64,000 nucleotides of DNA, taken from assembly GCF_009914755.1 (NCBI RefSeq), contig NC_060927.1, one strand, 5' to 3'. Below are positions 45,335 to 58,736 of this stretch, in pieces (position 1 is the stretch's first letter; every line of letters begins with the position of its first letter). The notes under the pieces are model-generated. The model had not been told where the DNA came from. It saw nothing but the letters and a program-made list of their open reading frames with translations, and did not search any database. The stretch is from the human T2T-CHM13v2.0 reference genome, Homo sapiens. A program made the translations under genes and the position numbers.

Positions 45335-46323
45335 ACAATGAGAACACATGGACACAGGAAGGGGAACATCACACACCAGGGACTGTTAGTGGGGTGGGGG
45401 CAGGTGGGAGGGATAGCATTAGGAGATATACCTAACGCTAAATGACGAGCTAATGGGTGCAGCACACCAACATGGCACATGTATACATACGTAACAAACC
45501 TGCACGTTATGCACATGTTCCCTAAAACTTAAAGTATAATAATAATAAAATTTAAAAAAAAGAATCTAAGAGCCATAAAAGACAGAAGAACATGTCATTC
45601 TGGCAGAGGATTCTCTATGTTCCTAGAGGGCTTTGAGGTATAGTGAAGGGAAAAGTTAAAAATACAAAAAGCAAAAGCAGCTCCTTTCATGGGGCTGTTT
45701 GTTGTCAGAGCCATAGGTCTTGTTCAAGGAGCTGTGATCACCGCTACTTCATGTTGGTAGCTAGGGCACCCAGATAGAGTACAAGTCTTCAGAATGGTGA
45801 GGAGCAACGAATGGCTCTGCCCTGTACAGGTAAGAAAGGTTCTGCCTGGTATAGGTAAGAATGTCCGCCCTGTGGCCAGAACAGGATGCTCTGGAGGAGA
45901 GGGGCTTGGTCTTAACTGGGTCAGAGCCAGGTTAGGAAATGGACCAGCAGCCCAGGGGGCCAGTCCACAAGGACCACTACACATCACTGGGATACTTTGG
46001 AAATAAGATGTCTATTAACTCAGATTTTTCTTAAACCACAGGTGGAATGCAAATTGGTCCCAATATTGACTAGAAATTATCTTCAGATAGAAGCAAATGG
46101 CAGTGTCAGCCAATGCAGACCTACCTCTGGAGAAAATGTTTGCCACTAGCTTTTATAAACTGCAAGATTCAACTATGGAACATGCAAGAATTGCCAACTG
46201 ACCATCACTTAAAAACAAAATCGGGATAGATAAAATTTTGGAAGTGAGAAATGCATGATATAGTGCTGCTTCCTGGGGGGCCAGTTGTTTTGTTATTTAT
46301 ACTTTGAACCTTTAAAATCTTTT

Positions 46324-46654
46324 GGCGCAGCATGCTGGCTCATGTCTGTAATCCCAGCACTTTGGGAGGCCAAGACAAGCAAGTAACTTGGTCCCAGAAG
46401 CTTGAGACCCACCTGGGCAACATGTGAAACCTTGTCTCTACAGAAAAAACACAAAAATAGTCTGGGTGTGGTGGTACATGCCTATAGTCCCAGCTACTTG
46501 GGAGGATGAGGTGGAGGATCATCTGAGCTCCAGAAAGTTGAGGCTGCAGTGAGCTGAGATCTCACCATTGCACTCCAGCCTCGGCAACAGAGTGAGACCC
46601 TGTCTCAAAAAACAAACACACAAAACAAAAGAGAGAGAGAGAGAGAGAGAGAGA
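46324..46654 (+). mobile_element. AluJ with a (GA)n tail
   Basis: Dimeric Alu followed by a GA repeat. Confidence 0.9.
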
Positions 46655-47151
46655 ATAAACTTTCTAAGCAGTTGTCTGATTTGTGAAATTGCAAAAAAAA
46701 ATTTGAAGAGGGGGCACAGAAAAGGAGGAAGTGTTCTTTAGTCAGTGAATAGATGAAAGGAATTTGTATTGAACACACACGTTATTCACTTGAACACATT
46801 TGTTCTCTGTCCCCATCGAATACAGGCTGAAGAAATATTTAGAGAATTCTGTCTTGAAAGGGTAAAAAACTAACAACCTGCCCCAGTCAGTCCCCCATGG
46901 TTACTGAACTCTGGAAGATTTTGCTGGAGAAGTCTGAGAGTCCAGTTCTACAATTTTACACAATTTGTTAAATGTAAAACATTGCTTTGGCTTCACTTAC
47001 TGATTTTCCTTTCTCTCCCATTTCTGACAAACTCAAATTTACTGGGTGCCTGCTATATGCCAGGATCCAAATGTTGAACATAACTTATTTTGTTTCATAC
47101 CCAAGGGGCTGTAAAGGACACACAGACTGTGAGCGCAGACACATTTTAGAC

Positions 47152-47359
47152 TTGCACTGTCCAATACGGTAGCCACTGGCCACATATGGTTATTGAAATT
47201 TACATTTATTGTAATTAAGTAAAATTTAAAATTCAATCTCTCAGTTGCACTAGCTATGTATTAAGCACTCAATAGCCACATGTGGTTATGACTATGCTGC
47301 TGGACAGCACAGTTATAGAGCATTTCTATCACTGCAGAGAGCACCATTGGATAGCACAG
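47152..47359. mobile_element. MER3/MER33-like hAT MITE
   Basis: Inverted ends GCACTGTCCAAT / ATTGGATAGCAC and internal TAGCCACATGTGG; a related copy lies at ~18120-18316. Confidence 0.75.
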
Positions 47360-47521
47360 TTTTAGACCTTTCAGAGTTGTCTCTACCTCCTGTGAAATCA
47401 TTTTAAGCAGAAAAGCTGCCATTCATTGAGCACTCCTCTGGGCCAAGCAAGCAAGATTCTGGGTCAGTTACATAAGATCATCTCACCACAGCTCACTGCC
47501 TCACGTCTCAACGCATTTTAA

Positions 47522-47659
47522 TTTTTTTTTTTTTTTTTTTTGTAGCGCCGTGGTCTCACTTTGTTGCCCAGGCTAGTATCGAACTCCGGGCTTCGAGCAG
47601 TCCTTCTGCCTCAGCCTCCCAAAGTGCTGGGATTACAAGAGTGAGCCACTGGGCCCAGC
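47522..47659 (-). mobile_element. FLAM/Alu monomer
   Basis: Single left-arm monomer with a poly-T tail. Confidence 0.85.
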
Positions 47660-48181
47660 CTCACCCCATTTTAGAGATGAGGAAACCTGAGGATAGAGAG
47701 GCCAAGTAGCTTTCTTACCATCGCACAGCAAGTGAGCGGCAAAGCCCAGGGCGTTTGACTTTAAAGGCTTTGATAATTCTGATGGCCCCACCTTCCAAGG
47801 GCATTACCCCCAAGTGTGAGTGAGAGCACCACTGTGGACAAGAAAGAGCCGCTGGGGATCCTGGCCCTTTTGACAGGAAAAGTGGCCATGGGGTCAGACA
47901 GGCTAGAGGACCAAGGCTGGTTCTGCCAATGACCATGTCAGTGACATTGCCCAAGCCACTTAGATCTCTGAATATATGTACAGTGGTGGAGCTCACCTTG
48001 TAGAGCTATGAGGATTAAATGAGAATATACACATAAGCACTTGGCACAGTATCTGGCACACAGTAGCCATTTAGTACATGGCACACATGAGTATTACTTC
48101 CGGAGTGAATCCTTTTCTTCTGTTTAAGCAGCAAACAGCAAGAGTTGCCTTGCTCCCTGCAATACACATTTCTGAGTCTGG

Positions 48182-48199
48182 CATGCCACCTGCTGGTCA
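48182..48199 (-). promoter_or_regulatory. Candidate CTCF site
   Basis: Minus strand reads TGACCAGCAGGTGGCATG, a full match to the CCASYAGRKGGCR core; motif evidence only. Confidence 0.55.
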
Positions 48200-48887
48200 C
48201 TCCTGGATATACCATCCAGTCCCCTGTTCTCCCCAGAAGGGCCAGTGCCCAGAGTGTTCCCAGGAGACTGGGCTGTAAAACAGGAACATCCTAGCTGAGT
48301 ATTCAGATTTTTTTTTCGTAAAGTCCCTTTCACATTGTGGCTCCTCTGAGAACTTAGGATAAGCTTAGATCTTGCTAAGTTTGCTGAAATCTTCTTTGTT
48401 GCCAGGCAGATAGAGAAGATGGACTTCTTTGGGGCCCTGTGCTCAACGTTAGGCTATGTTGCCAGGGTCTTCTAGCTGCAGGCTATCTAAAAGCACAGGG
48501 TCTTTACTATTATGGCTGGCATTCCCTTCGATCTGATGCTGAATATAAGTCCCACCTCTCCACCCCATATCCTATCAATCTAAAAGTCCTGTTGGGTTTT
48601 TCTCTGTGAAATATATTTAAAATCTGTCTAAGCCCCTTCATATTCTCTGCCACCATCATCCCTCACCTGGACCACTGCATTAGCCTCCTGATCTTCTTGC
48701 ATCTCCTCCCTTCCCCCTGTTGTCTATTCTTCACGCAGCAGCTAGAGCTGTGGTCCTACCTGCTGTAGCTATGGAATGCCTTGGGGAACATTCAAGACCT
48801 ACCAACACCCAGGGGCCAAACCCTGACTAATTAAATCAGAATCTAGGGGTAGTGGGTAGAAGGTCTCTCAACATTCGTAGCTCATGA

Positions 48888-49168
<281 letters not shown>

Positions 49169-50624
49169 TAGATGATTCTTTTGTGCATCCAGGATTGAGA
49201 ATCACTGAGCTTCCAGTTCAGACCAGCAGTAGCAGCATCTCCTGGAGGGCTTGTTAAAATACAGACCGCTGAGTTCCACTCCCAGAGCCTGTGATTCATC
49301 AGGCCAGAAGTGGACCTGCGAATTTCCATGCCTCACAAATTCCCAGGTGACCCTCCTGGGCTGAGGTTCACACTTTGAGAACTACTGTTGTAAAAATATA
49401 AGGTGGACCATGAAACTCCTGTTTAAATGACTTATTACACTTATATATGTATATTTTAAAAATTCACCTTCTGTACCATGGCCTGTCAGGCAGGGTGAGA
49501 CCTATCAATCTAGAAGTCCTGTTGGGTTCCTAGCTCCTGGACTCTCACACCCTCTGCTAACCACTCACTGGCCTCCTATCTGCCTCTTGACCACCGCAGG
49601 TGGTCACCTGAAGACCTTTGAAAGAGCCTTTCTCTGCTCAGATGGTGCCCCCTTTAGCTCTTCTGCTGTCTGATTGTCTCTCAGTCTTCAGGGCTCATAG
49701 AAATGTCACCGCCTCAGGGAGACCTTCCCTGAATGTCACATTCAACATATGTCTCACCTTCCCCTCAGCCCTTGTTCTCTATCTCAGCAAACTGTTTATT
49801 TCCTTTATCTATTACAATTTGCAATTATGTTATTTCTGTTCACTTAAAATACATTTACCTCTCTGCCAGAAGACAAACTTTAAGAGGGCAGAAACTTTGC
49901 CTTCTTGTTCACTCCCTGGGACATAGTAGGTACCCAATAAATGGTTACTGAATGAAGGGTTGAAGAGAAGCACGAATCAGGGAGTAAAGGTTAGAAGTAA
50001 TAGTACTAATAGAAGTGGGAGCCCTGTCCTGCTTCTGTTATATCCCCCGAGGGCTTCCTGTGTGCTCATCTTTTAATATTACATCTTTAATTCACACAAC
50101 CGGGCAAGGTAAGGTCATATTCTCTTCAATTTACACATGTGGAAATGGAGACCTAGAAAGGCAGGGACACTTGGCTGAGGTCACACACATCAAAATGGCA
50201 GAGCTGGCCATGAATTCAGGCTGCCTGTATCCACATTCATCCTAAGATATGGAAGGAAGGAAAAAAGAGGCAGCAAAAGGAGAACTGGAAAAGCTGTTCC
50301 CGCAGGGCATTTTTTTATTTTGCTCTAAACTCATAGCCAAGGTAAAAATATTAAAACAGAGCTGAAATCAAAGAACCCTTGACCTACTTTCTAGGTCTGA
50401 TTCTCCCAGAACCTCTTCAGAAGAGAGTGATCAGGCAATGATGGGTGTCTCAACTTTTAAGACTTTTAAAATTGCTGGCTCAGAGCCTTTGGAAGAATAG
50501 CACAGGCAGGAAATGGCAAGGCAGGATCTGAACCCAGCCCAACTTCCTGCACAGCCTGCCCAAGCTTTCGCACACAGCACAGAGAGTATCTCATTCAACG
50601 TTCTTTTGCAGTGCCCCGCCTCCT

Positions 50625-50959
50625 TACTGTGCTGGTTAAGGTAACATTCTAGATGCTGTAGCAGATAACCAGTCTCCTCCCCAAACTCAATGGCTTCACG
50701 TAATAAAAATTTCTCTTTCACCTCCCAAAAAGTCCAAAATCAGTGCTCCTAGTTTGCAGGCAGAGTAGTCTACTCCAAGCAGTATTTCAGAGACCCAGGC
50801 TTCTTCCATCCGGTGGCTCTTCCATGTCTAGCAGGTGGCCTCCCATTGTGGCTAGGGAAGGGGAAGGAGGAGCATGAGATGGGTCAGGCCTGGAAGTGGT
50901 GCATGTCATTTCCACCCACATGTACTGGCCAGAACTCAGCGACATGGTCATACTTAACG

Positions 50960-51010
<51 letters not shown>

Positions 51011-51050
51011 TCGAAATAGAACCTAGTGGCCAAAGCTGTCTCACAGCCAA
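50625..51050 (-). mobile_element. Old MLT1 (J/K-like) LTR fragment
   Basis: CAGAGACCCAGGCTTCTTCCATC...TGGCCAGAACTCAG..ACATGG motifs; boundaries approximate. Similar fragments lie at ~28950-29400 and ~55640-56110. Confidence 0.6.
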
Positions 51051-51859
51051 CCAGTCTCATTTCCTGAGAGTCTGATGAGCTTCTGCGTCCCCCCACCCGC
51101 CCACCCCTGCCCCACTGCCCCCAGACATCTCCTCTCACTGATAAAATAATTATCACAATTATAGAGAAGACTTCAAATGCAACCAGGAGAAGGGCCACCT
51201 TGATCTTAAATTCAGATCATACAGAGGTAATGACGGGTCTCCAATGTTCCTGCAGAGGAGGCTGAAGGTTTAGAGAAGGGCAGGGGAAAGAAGAAGAGGT
51301 TAAACGTAAAATTTGCTCAAGTCCGGGCCTGGCTAAGAAAGGAAGATGTCTCTATCCACCATTTTGGTGTTGTTAACAAAGTCTACCTTGAAGTCAATTC
51401 TAGATATTTTAGAATTTCTCCAATTAAGCAAACATTTATCGAGCATCCAAAGGTTTGCATAGTCCTAGGGAGAGTCCTTTGGGATATCAAATAAAGGGAT
51501 GAATGAATATGAGGTGAGGTCAGCTCTATTCTTTATCTGGTTGAGATTTTGAAGACACTAGTAATAAAAATTTGACACAATTATAATAATATCCAGGGCT
51601 GTATTCAACACTTGATATAAATTATCTCATTGAATCTTCCCAATAATTCTATGAGGTAAATACTATTATCACCCCCATTTTACAGAAGAGGAAACAAACC
51701 TAAAAAGATGAAATAGTTGTCCAAAATCTCAATTGCTCCAAAGAAGAGAAAAGAATGATTTTTAACTACACGACACTGCCTGTATTATGAAATTACAGTG
51801 CTGTCTGCACATAAAGACAGGGATAATTCAATTGGCTTTGGAAAATAGAAGGAAGTTTA

Positions 51860-52179
<320 letters not shown>

Positions 52180-54905
52180 CAGTTAACTGAATCCAAGAAC
52201 AGGTCGTAACTGGGGTTAAGAGTCCCCTGTGTAATTTAAAAAGTGACTTTGAAGCCAAGCAAGTTGTGTGACTCTAGAGGAGGAGACACTTTGTCTCCCT
52301 ATTCTTCAGTTTCCTCTTCTGCAAAGTAAGGAAGCTGGCCTAGATGTACTTGAAGTTCCTTTCTTCCTCTGTAAAAGCAGCATGGCAAATGGAAAGGGCT
52401 GATATTTTCATAAGCCAGATTCAGGGAAACTCTTTCTGCCTATCTGAGCCTCCATTTTCCCATCTATGAAATGGGAATTAGGTCGGATTTGCTACTTTTT
52501 CTCTCCCTAGTGTCTAGCACAGGGAAAATAATAGGGGCTTAATAAACCTTGGTCACCCCATTAATGTCCCCACCTGATTGGAGATGGCAGCAATCCATTG
52601 CATGCACAGAAGGCAGAATTGCATGAGTAGAGGTCTGCCTCTGAGCTCTGAGCTGCTTCTGAGAGCACAGGGTGTCAACCTCCCTCCTGAGGCATCGTGG
52701 CCATTTTGGGAACAGCTGGCTCCTGGCCCAGAGAAATGGCCTGCAGTTGAGGAAGCAGAGTGTAACGTTTCACAAAGCCTCCCTTGCCACCTCTGCCCAT
52801 ACCCCACACCCTCTCCCTCATGCGCAGGGCAAACTCTGGCCCCAACGAATCTGGATTTCCAGCATTCACTCAGAATCCCCAACAGGCAAGTTCACGACTT
52901 TGGGGCACAGAGTTCAGAGAGAAAGAATATTAGATGTCCCCGCAGGCCTCCCCAGCAAGCCTTATTTCTTAGAATTACTTCAGGGATGCTCCCAGGAGCC
53001 TTGCCCGCCTGGCAGATATTGAATAAGGTAGAAGCCAGAGTGGATGAAAAGCAGTGTCTTGGAACGGTTGCCTGGTTACCGGTGACCTGAGTCACGTGGT
53101 CTCCTCCCTTCGGAGCGGCCCAGGGCGAGCCGGCAAGGAGCAGGAGTGCAGGGGAGGGGCATGAGTTCCCGGGGAAGGTGGGGAGGGGAGGAGAGGCGGT
53201 GAGAAGCAGCTCCTCTACACTGCGCTTTCCTTTCCCGACGGCCCGACTGCCCGCATGTCGGGCCAGGACAGGAGCACCAGGCCACCTGGGTGGGGAGCTT
53301 GGCTCTCTTGCTTCCCTGGTGGAGGACGTGGACAAGTTAACTCAGCCTATGGGCAGCTGTCTTTCCTCACCTGTAAAATGAGTCTAATAATAGTGCACAC
53401 CTCACTCAGTTACGACAAGGCTGCAAACAAGAAAACAGGGAAAAGAGGCCCAGCACAGGGCCGGGAACGCACTAGACTGAACGTGAATACACCGGTGTTG
53501 TCCAGCGGGGCTGAGTGCTGGGGGCTGGTGGCCAGAGCAACAGAAGTCCTGAGTCAGGACAGCTACCTAATGTGACAGCCCAGGGCACATTGCAAACACA
53601 AGCCTTTTGTTCCACAGGCAGGAGAGAGGTACCCAAACATAAAGCCCCACCCCACTTCTGTGGCCCCTCTTGTGCTGTGTATTTGCTATTTAATGCTATG
53701 CTACCTTGGGCATGGAGCTACTGGAGAGGAGCACGGAGGCCCTCAAGGCACCCAGGAGCCTTCCCCTGCAGTGTGGCCCACCAGTGCCCATCTGCTGCCA
53801 GGTCCCCTACACTGAGGCAAGAGGACCCGGAGAAGGGAAGCCAGGCATCCTCCTTTCCCACAGGCCCTTCACCCCAATCCATGGTGGACAGGTACCCCCA
53901 CATCTTGCAACCTCCATGTCAGAGGCTCTAGCATAGGGGAAAGGCTTGCCCTGCCAGTTTCCCCCCTTGAAGGCACCACGATGTCATCAACCTCTAGGGC
54001 AGGCATGGCTGCAGTCGTGTCCTACCCAAATGCTGTGGGATGTGCATGCTCAGCCTCCCGTGCCAGTGCCCTGCAGATAGCAGACTGGCAGCTGTTGGGG
54101 GGAAGAGAGAGAAGAAGGGATGTGAGGAGGAGATAGCAGGGGGTTGGGGAAGCTGGCACTGAGAACCCACCTGGTGAGGGAGGGGCCGGACTGCACTTGA
54201 ACTGAGGCTGTTAGCCTGGGTGCCTGCTGTGTTATCTCACAGACTTCATTTACAAACTACACATTTACAGATAAGATATGAAGAATTTCAAGACACGACA
54301 GTAGAACATTAAATCCCTAGCACAGGCTTTTGTGTCACTGAGCTGGTTGCACACCAGCTGACCCTCTTCTGAGTTCTTGTTGTGGCTCTGTCACTAACTC
54401 TCCCTCTCTGGGCCTCGGTTTTCCTTTCTCTAAATGAGGGGGTAGGGCTAGATGGTTTCTAGACCCTCTTCCTGCTTTTATGTTTCATGATGTGTCCCAC
54501 TAACATGCTGTGTGGACATGGGCAAGTCCCTTCCCTTCTCTAGGGATCAGTTTCCCTGTCTATAAGTTGGGAATTTGGGAATCCTGAAGGGCCCTGCCAG
54601 GGTTACTGCTTAGAGAGATGCCTTTTCCCATCCTCTCCTGTGTTTGAGGGGACTTCTTTTCTTTTGCAGAAGGGAAGACAAAGTTGCCCAGCAGGTGCTG
54701 GGGTATGGGGCTGGATAGAACATTCCTTTTCTCCTTCTGCCCACACTGGTGAGTTTGGGGACTGTGGGGCAAGAAAGAAGGGAGGGAAAGCTCCTTAAGG
54801 AACAGAGAGGCAAAGAAGCATCATGTGAGAAGGTAAGCAAGCAGGCAGCCTTGGGAGATGCTTTCATTCAGTCATTCATTCAGCAACAGCGAAACAGCAA
54901 AAGAA

Positions 54906-55471
54906 TGTAACACTCACCGTATTTGTGTAAGGGGCTTTAACCCATGCCCGCGTGTAGGCTAGGATAATTTTAGAGCACTGAGATAATACACAAAAACAGC
55001 AATCATGTAGTTTTAAAAGCCAACTCTGGGGTTATAGGGAAAGTATGTAAACAATCATGTTTTGTTAAAGATCCATATAGATAATACACAAAAACAGCAA
55101 TTATGTAGTTTTAAAAAATAACTCTGGGGTTAAAGGGAAAGTATGTAAACAACTGTGTTTTGTTAAAGATTTACAGGAGCATTGTGACCTGACCAAGGAC
55201 AAAGAAGTTCCCAAACTCCTCAGGCCCTCACTGGCACCCAGAGGTCTGCAGTCATCAGTCACATCTTGATCCCAACTCCCTCTTCTTCCCCTGCCCTTAA
55301 CATAAAAAAAAGCCTGAAATTTGTGCTGACTTAAGATGGCATTTTAGGATGGTAGTCTACCATTTTCTCCGTTTGCTGGCTTCCCGAAAAACCTGTTTTT
55401 CCTCCCACCAAGTCTCATTTCTTGAGTTTTGGCTTTCAAGCAGAGAGCAACTGAACCTGGGTCCGGTTACA
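54906..55471 (+). mobile_element. ERV1 (MER4-group-like) solo LTR
   Basis: Perfect inverted termini TGTAAC...GTTACA, a TATA-like CATAAAA, and the 3' end CTGAACCTGGGTCCGGTTACA; family not determined. Confidence 0.75.
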
Positions 55472-57289
55472 ATTCATTCATTCATTTGTTCATTCATTTG
55501 CCTGGATGATTGCAGCAGCCTCTGCCCCTATCTCCCTGCTCTGTACTCACTCCCTTTCAATCTTCTGCTCCTCACAAGGGCCTAAGGGAGCTTCTGATGT
55601 GATAAACGGAATCATGTGGTTCCTCCTGAAAGCCTTTATCAGTTAGAATTAGGTTTAGCTGTGACAGAAAATGCACACTAACAGTGGCTTCAGCAAGATA
55701 GATGCTTTTCCCTCCCTCCCAGAAGCATCTGGCAGCTGGCTACCTGAGACTATGGCAGTTCAACGGAGTCAGGAATCCAGGCTCTGTCTACATTGTGGCA
55801 TCTCCAATCCTGGCTTTTATTTCCAAGGTCACTTCAGAGTCTGAGATGGTGCTGGGGTTCCAGCCATTTAATCTATACCCCACATAGCAGCAAGGAGGAG
55901 TGGGGACACACATCCCCCTTTCAAAGATACTACTCAGAAGTTGCATACACCACCCCAGCTTGGATTCTAGCAGCCAGAGCTTAAGTCACATGACCACATC
56001 TGCAAAAGAGGCTGGGAAAAGTTGTTCTTATTCCAGGCAGCCACATGCCCAGTTCAACCTTGTGGATTTTATGAATGAGGACAAAGGGGAGAATGGATAC
56101 TTGTGGACAATTGTTGATCTCTGCCACGTAGTCCTTCCATAGCTCCTTACTGCACTTGAAATAAAACCCAAACTCTTTCCTATGCCTGCAAGGTCCTGGC
56201 TGTTTTCCCACCCTCTCTCTTCACTCATCCTGCTTCAGGCCTGCTGGCCTCTTCCCGGTTTCTCAAAGACCATAGTTGTTTCCCATCCAGGGCTATCTGT
56301 CCACGCTGTTTCCTGGTTGGAATGCCTTCACCCGACTCTATGAAACTCTGTCCCTTCTCCTCTTCTAGGTCTCAGCTTGCATATCACCTTCTCACAGAGG
56401 CTTCCCCAACCACCATACTTCTCCTCATCATTTTTTCTTGGGTCCTTTTTTGTTTCTTTATAGCATGAAAGACGCCTTGGAACTAGCTATTAAATTATCT
56501 GATAAGCAAAACAAAGCACGAATGCTCATATCAACGGTTGCTCCCCTTTTTGGTTTGTCTCCCCCATTCAAAAGGAAGCTCTATGGGGGAGGCTTTGGGT
56601 CTTGTTCACAACCCCATCCCTGGAGTTTCTCTCTACAACTATGTATTGTTCTCCCACTAGGTGCCAGGAACCTAAAAGACAGTAAGCACATTCAGTTTTC
56701 ATCTCAGCTGCAGGGCAGCCAAGAGGTGAGGATTGGGGTTCATCTCCTGGAGAGGAGGCAGAGATCTCAGCAGAGACTGGGATAAAGGAGTCCAGTAAGA
56801 TTGTAAGAAGAGCCCTGCAGCTGCCAGGAATGGGATTAGGGTTCCTTTTAGCCTCATTGCTGGCTCCATCCTATGTCTCCACCCTTATGTGAATGTGTTC
56901 CTTTGTCCTACTTTTAACTTACATCAGACTCTTGCGTGTTCCTTATCCTCCTAAGCAGCTTTGCATCCTTTCTGGAAGAGGGTGGGGGTATAAACAAACA
57001 AACAAATACACTATAAAAATACAGGAGATATTTTGGTGTATGCAGTTGCCAGGAATAGAAACCTACTCCAAGCAGTGCCAGACCTCTCTGAATTACAAAG
57101 CCAAGCGAGCATCCAGCAGTTTACTTGCCCTATCTTCCTAGGTGCCTTAAAGGACCTCAACTGGATGTGTCCAGAAAGCAACTCAGTCTCCCTCAAACTG
57201 GTCTTCGCCCAGTATTGGTAAACCAGTTGTCTAAGAAGCCTACCGGCTACCCTCAGTAGGTAGTATTAATATAATGTAGCAATTTGCAA

Positions 57290-57462
57290 CAGGGTTTCTC
57301 AACCTGGGCACTACTGACATTTTGGGCTGGGTAATTTCTTGTCGTGGGGACTATCTTGTGCATTGTAGGATATTTAGCAGCATCTCTGTCCTCTATCCCT
57401 AGATATCAGTAGCACTCCAGCCCCAGCTGTGACAACCAACAATGTCTCCTTTGAGAATCACT
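57290..57462. mobile_element. MER20 DNA transposon
   Basis: TTTCTCAACCTGGGCACTACTGACATTTTGGGC...GTGACAACCAACAATGTCTCC..TTGAGAATCACTG. Confidence 0.85.
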
Positions 57463-58612
57463 GGTTTAGAAAAAGGACTTGAACCTCAGGCTCTGTGTTC
57501 ACATCTCAACTCAGACTGTGTGCTATGGAACCTTGGACAAGGTATTTAAACTTTTTGTGCCTCAAGTTACTCCTTTATAAAGTGAGGAAAATCATACATT
57601 GTCCTTCATGGATTAAATGAGCTAATATATGTAAAGCTAATATATGTAAAGACTTAGAATGATGCCTGGCACCATATTAGCTATTATTATTACCTTTGAA
57701 ATTACTCCTTACCTTCCCCTCATTCCTTAACCAAATCCATCATCATTTCTAGATAATTTTAATTCACGAGATAATTTTACTCTAAAATCCACCCACCTTT
57801 CTCCAACATCACCCTTGCCCAAACCACCGGCATCTCTTACCTCTGAATAAGGCTTCCTGCAATTCTCACTCAACAGAGAAGCCGGTTTGATCTATTTAAA
57901 TCCTTCCATGCTTAAAACCAGTCTACCAAGTCCCATTGTTTAGGAAAATGCCCTTCACCAATGGGCTAGAGATTAAACAAACATGACCCTGGTCCATCTC
58001 TACAGCCTGTCTCCTGACTTCATCTTGTTTGCTAATTTCAGCCACAATATTTTTTCTCTCCATTTCTCAAAGATACCATTCCCCCTCCTAATTTCAAGGC
58101 CCTTAAGTGTTCCAGACCCTCTGCTTGAAACCTCAGACAAGGCTATTTTCAAAGCAGTGATCAAGGACTTTTTTCAAAGTAAAGACCAGCCACTTCCCTG
58201 GAAAAGCAGAAAGAACGTAAGTGATTGAGCCAGGCAGGACCGCCTTGTCCACTGGGGTAGTGTATGCACTGCACAGACAAGCTCAGCTAAGGAAACAAGT
58301 AGGGACTGCAACTCATCCCAAGCTCCACTTGTCAAACCACACCCTGGTGCAGAGCCATCTGCTTCCCAAGCTGTTTTTGTGCAGAGCTGTGCTCTTTGAA
58401 AAAGGGTTATTTTTGTTAATTTGCAATGAAGGTGCCACACAGCCTAGTGGCAACCCTGTAGTCAGAACACACAGTAGGTTGATAGTAATGGAGCTACATT
58501 TTAACATGTACATTTCTTGTCTCCTGTAAAGACAATGAAGATAAGAGAAGAGACCCATTATGCAGACTGACTAGCTCTCCTGCACTGTTTCTTTCTATAG
58601 TTAGAAAGTGAA

Positions 58613-58736
58613 GCTGGGTGCAGTGGTTGGCAGTTGTAATCCCAGCTAGTCAGGAGGCTGAGGCAGGAGCATCACTTGCACCCAGGAGTACGAGTCCAGC
58701 CCAGGCAATATGGTGAGTCTCCATCTCTAAAAAAAA
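58613..58736 (+). mobile_element. FLAM Alu monomer
   Basis: Single 7SL-derived arm with an A tail. Confidence 0.8.

Noticed and set aside
52553-53936. Cluster of overlapping 100-170 aa ORFs on both strands
   Set aside because: Explained by locally high GC; no consistent exon structure or recognisable homology.
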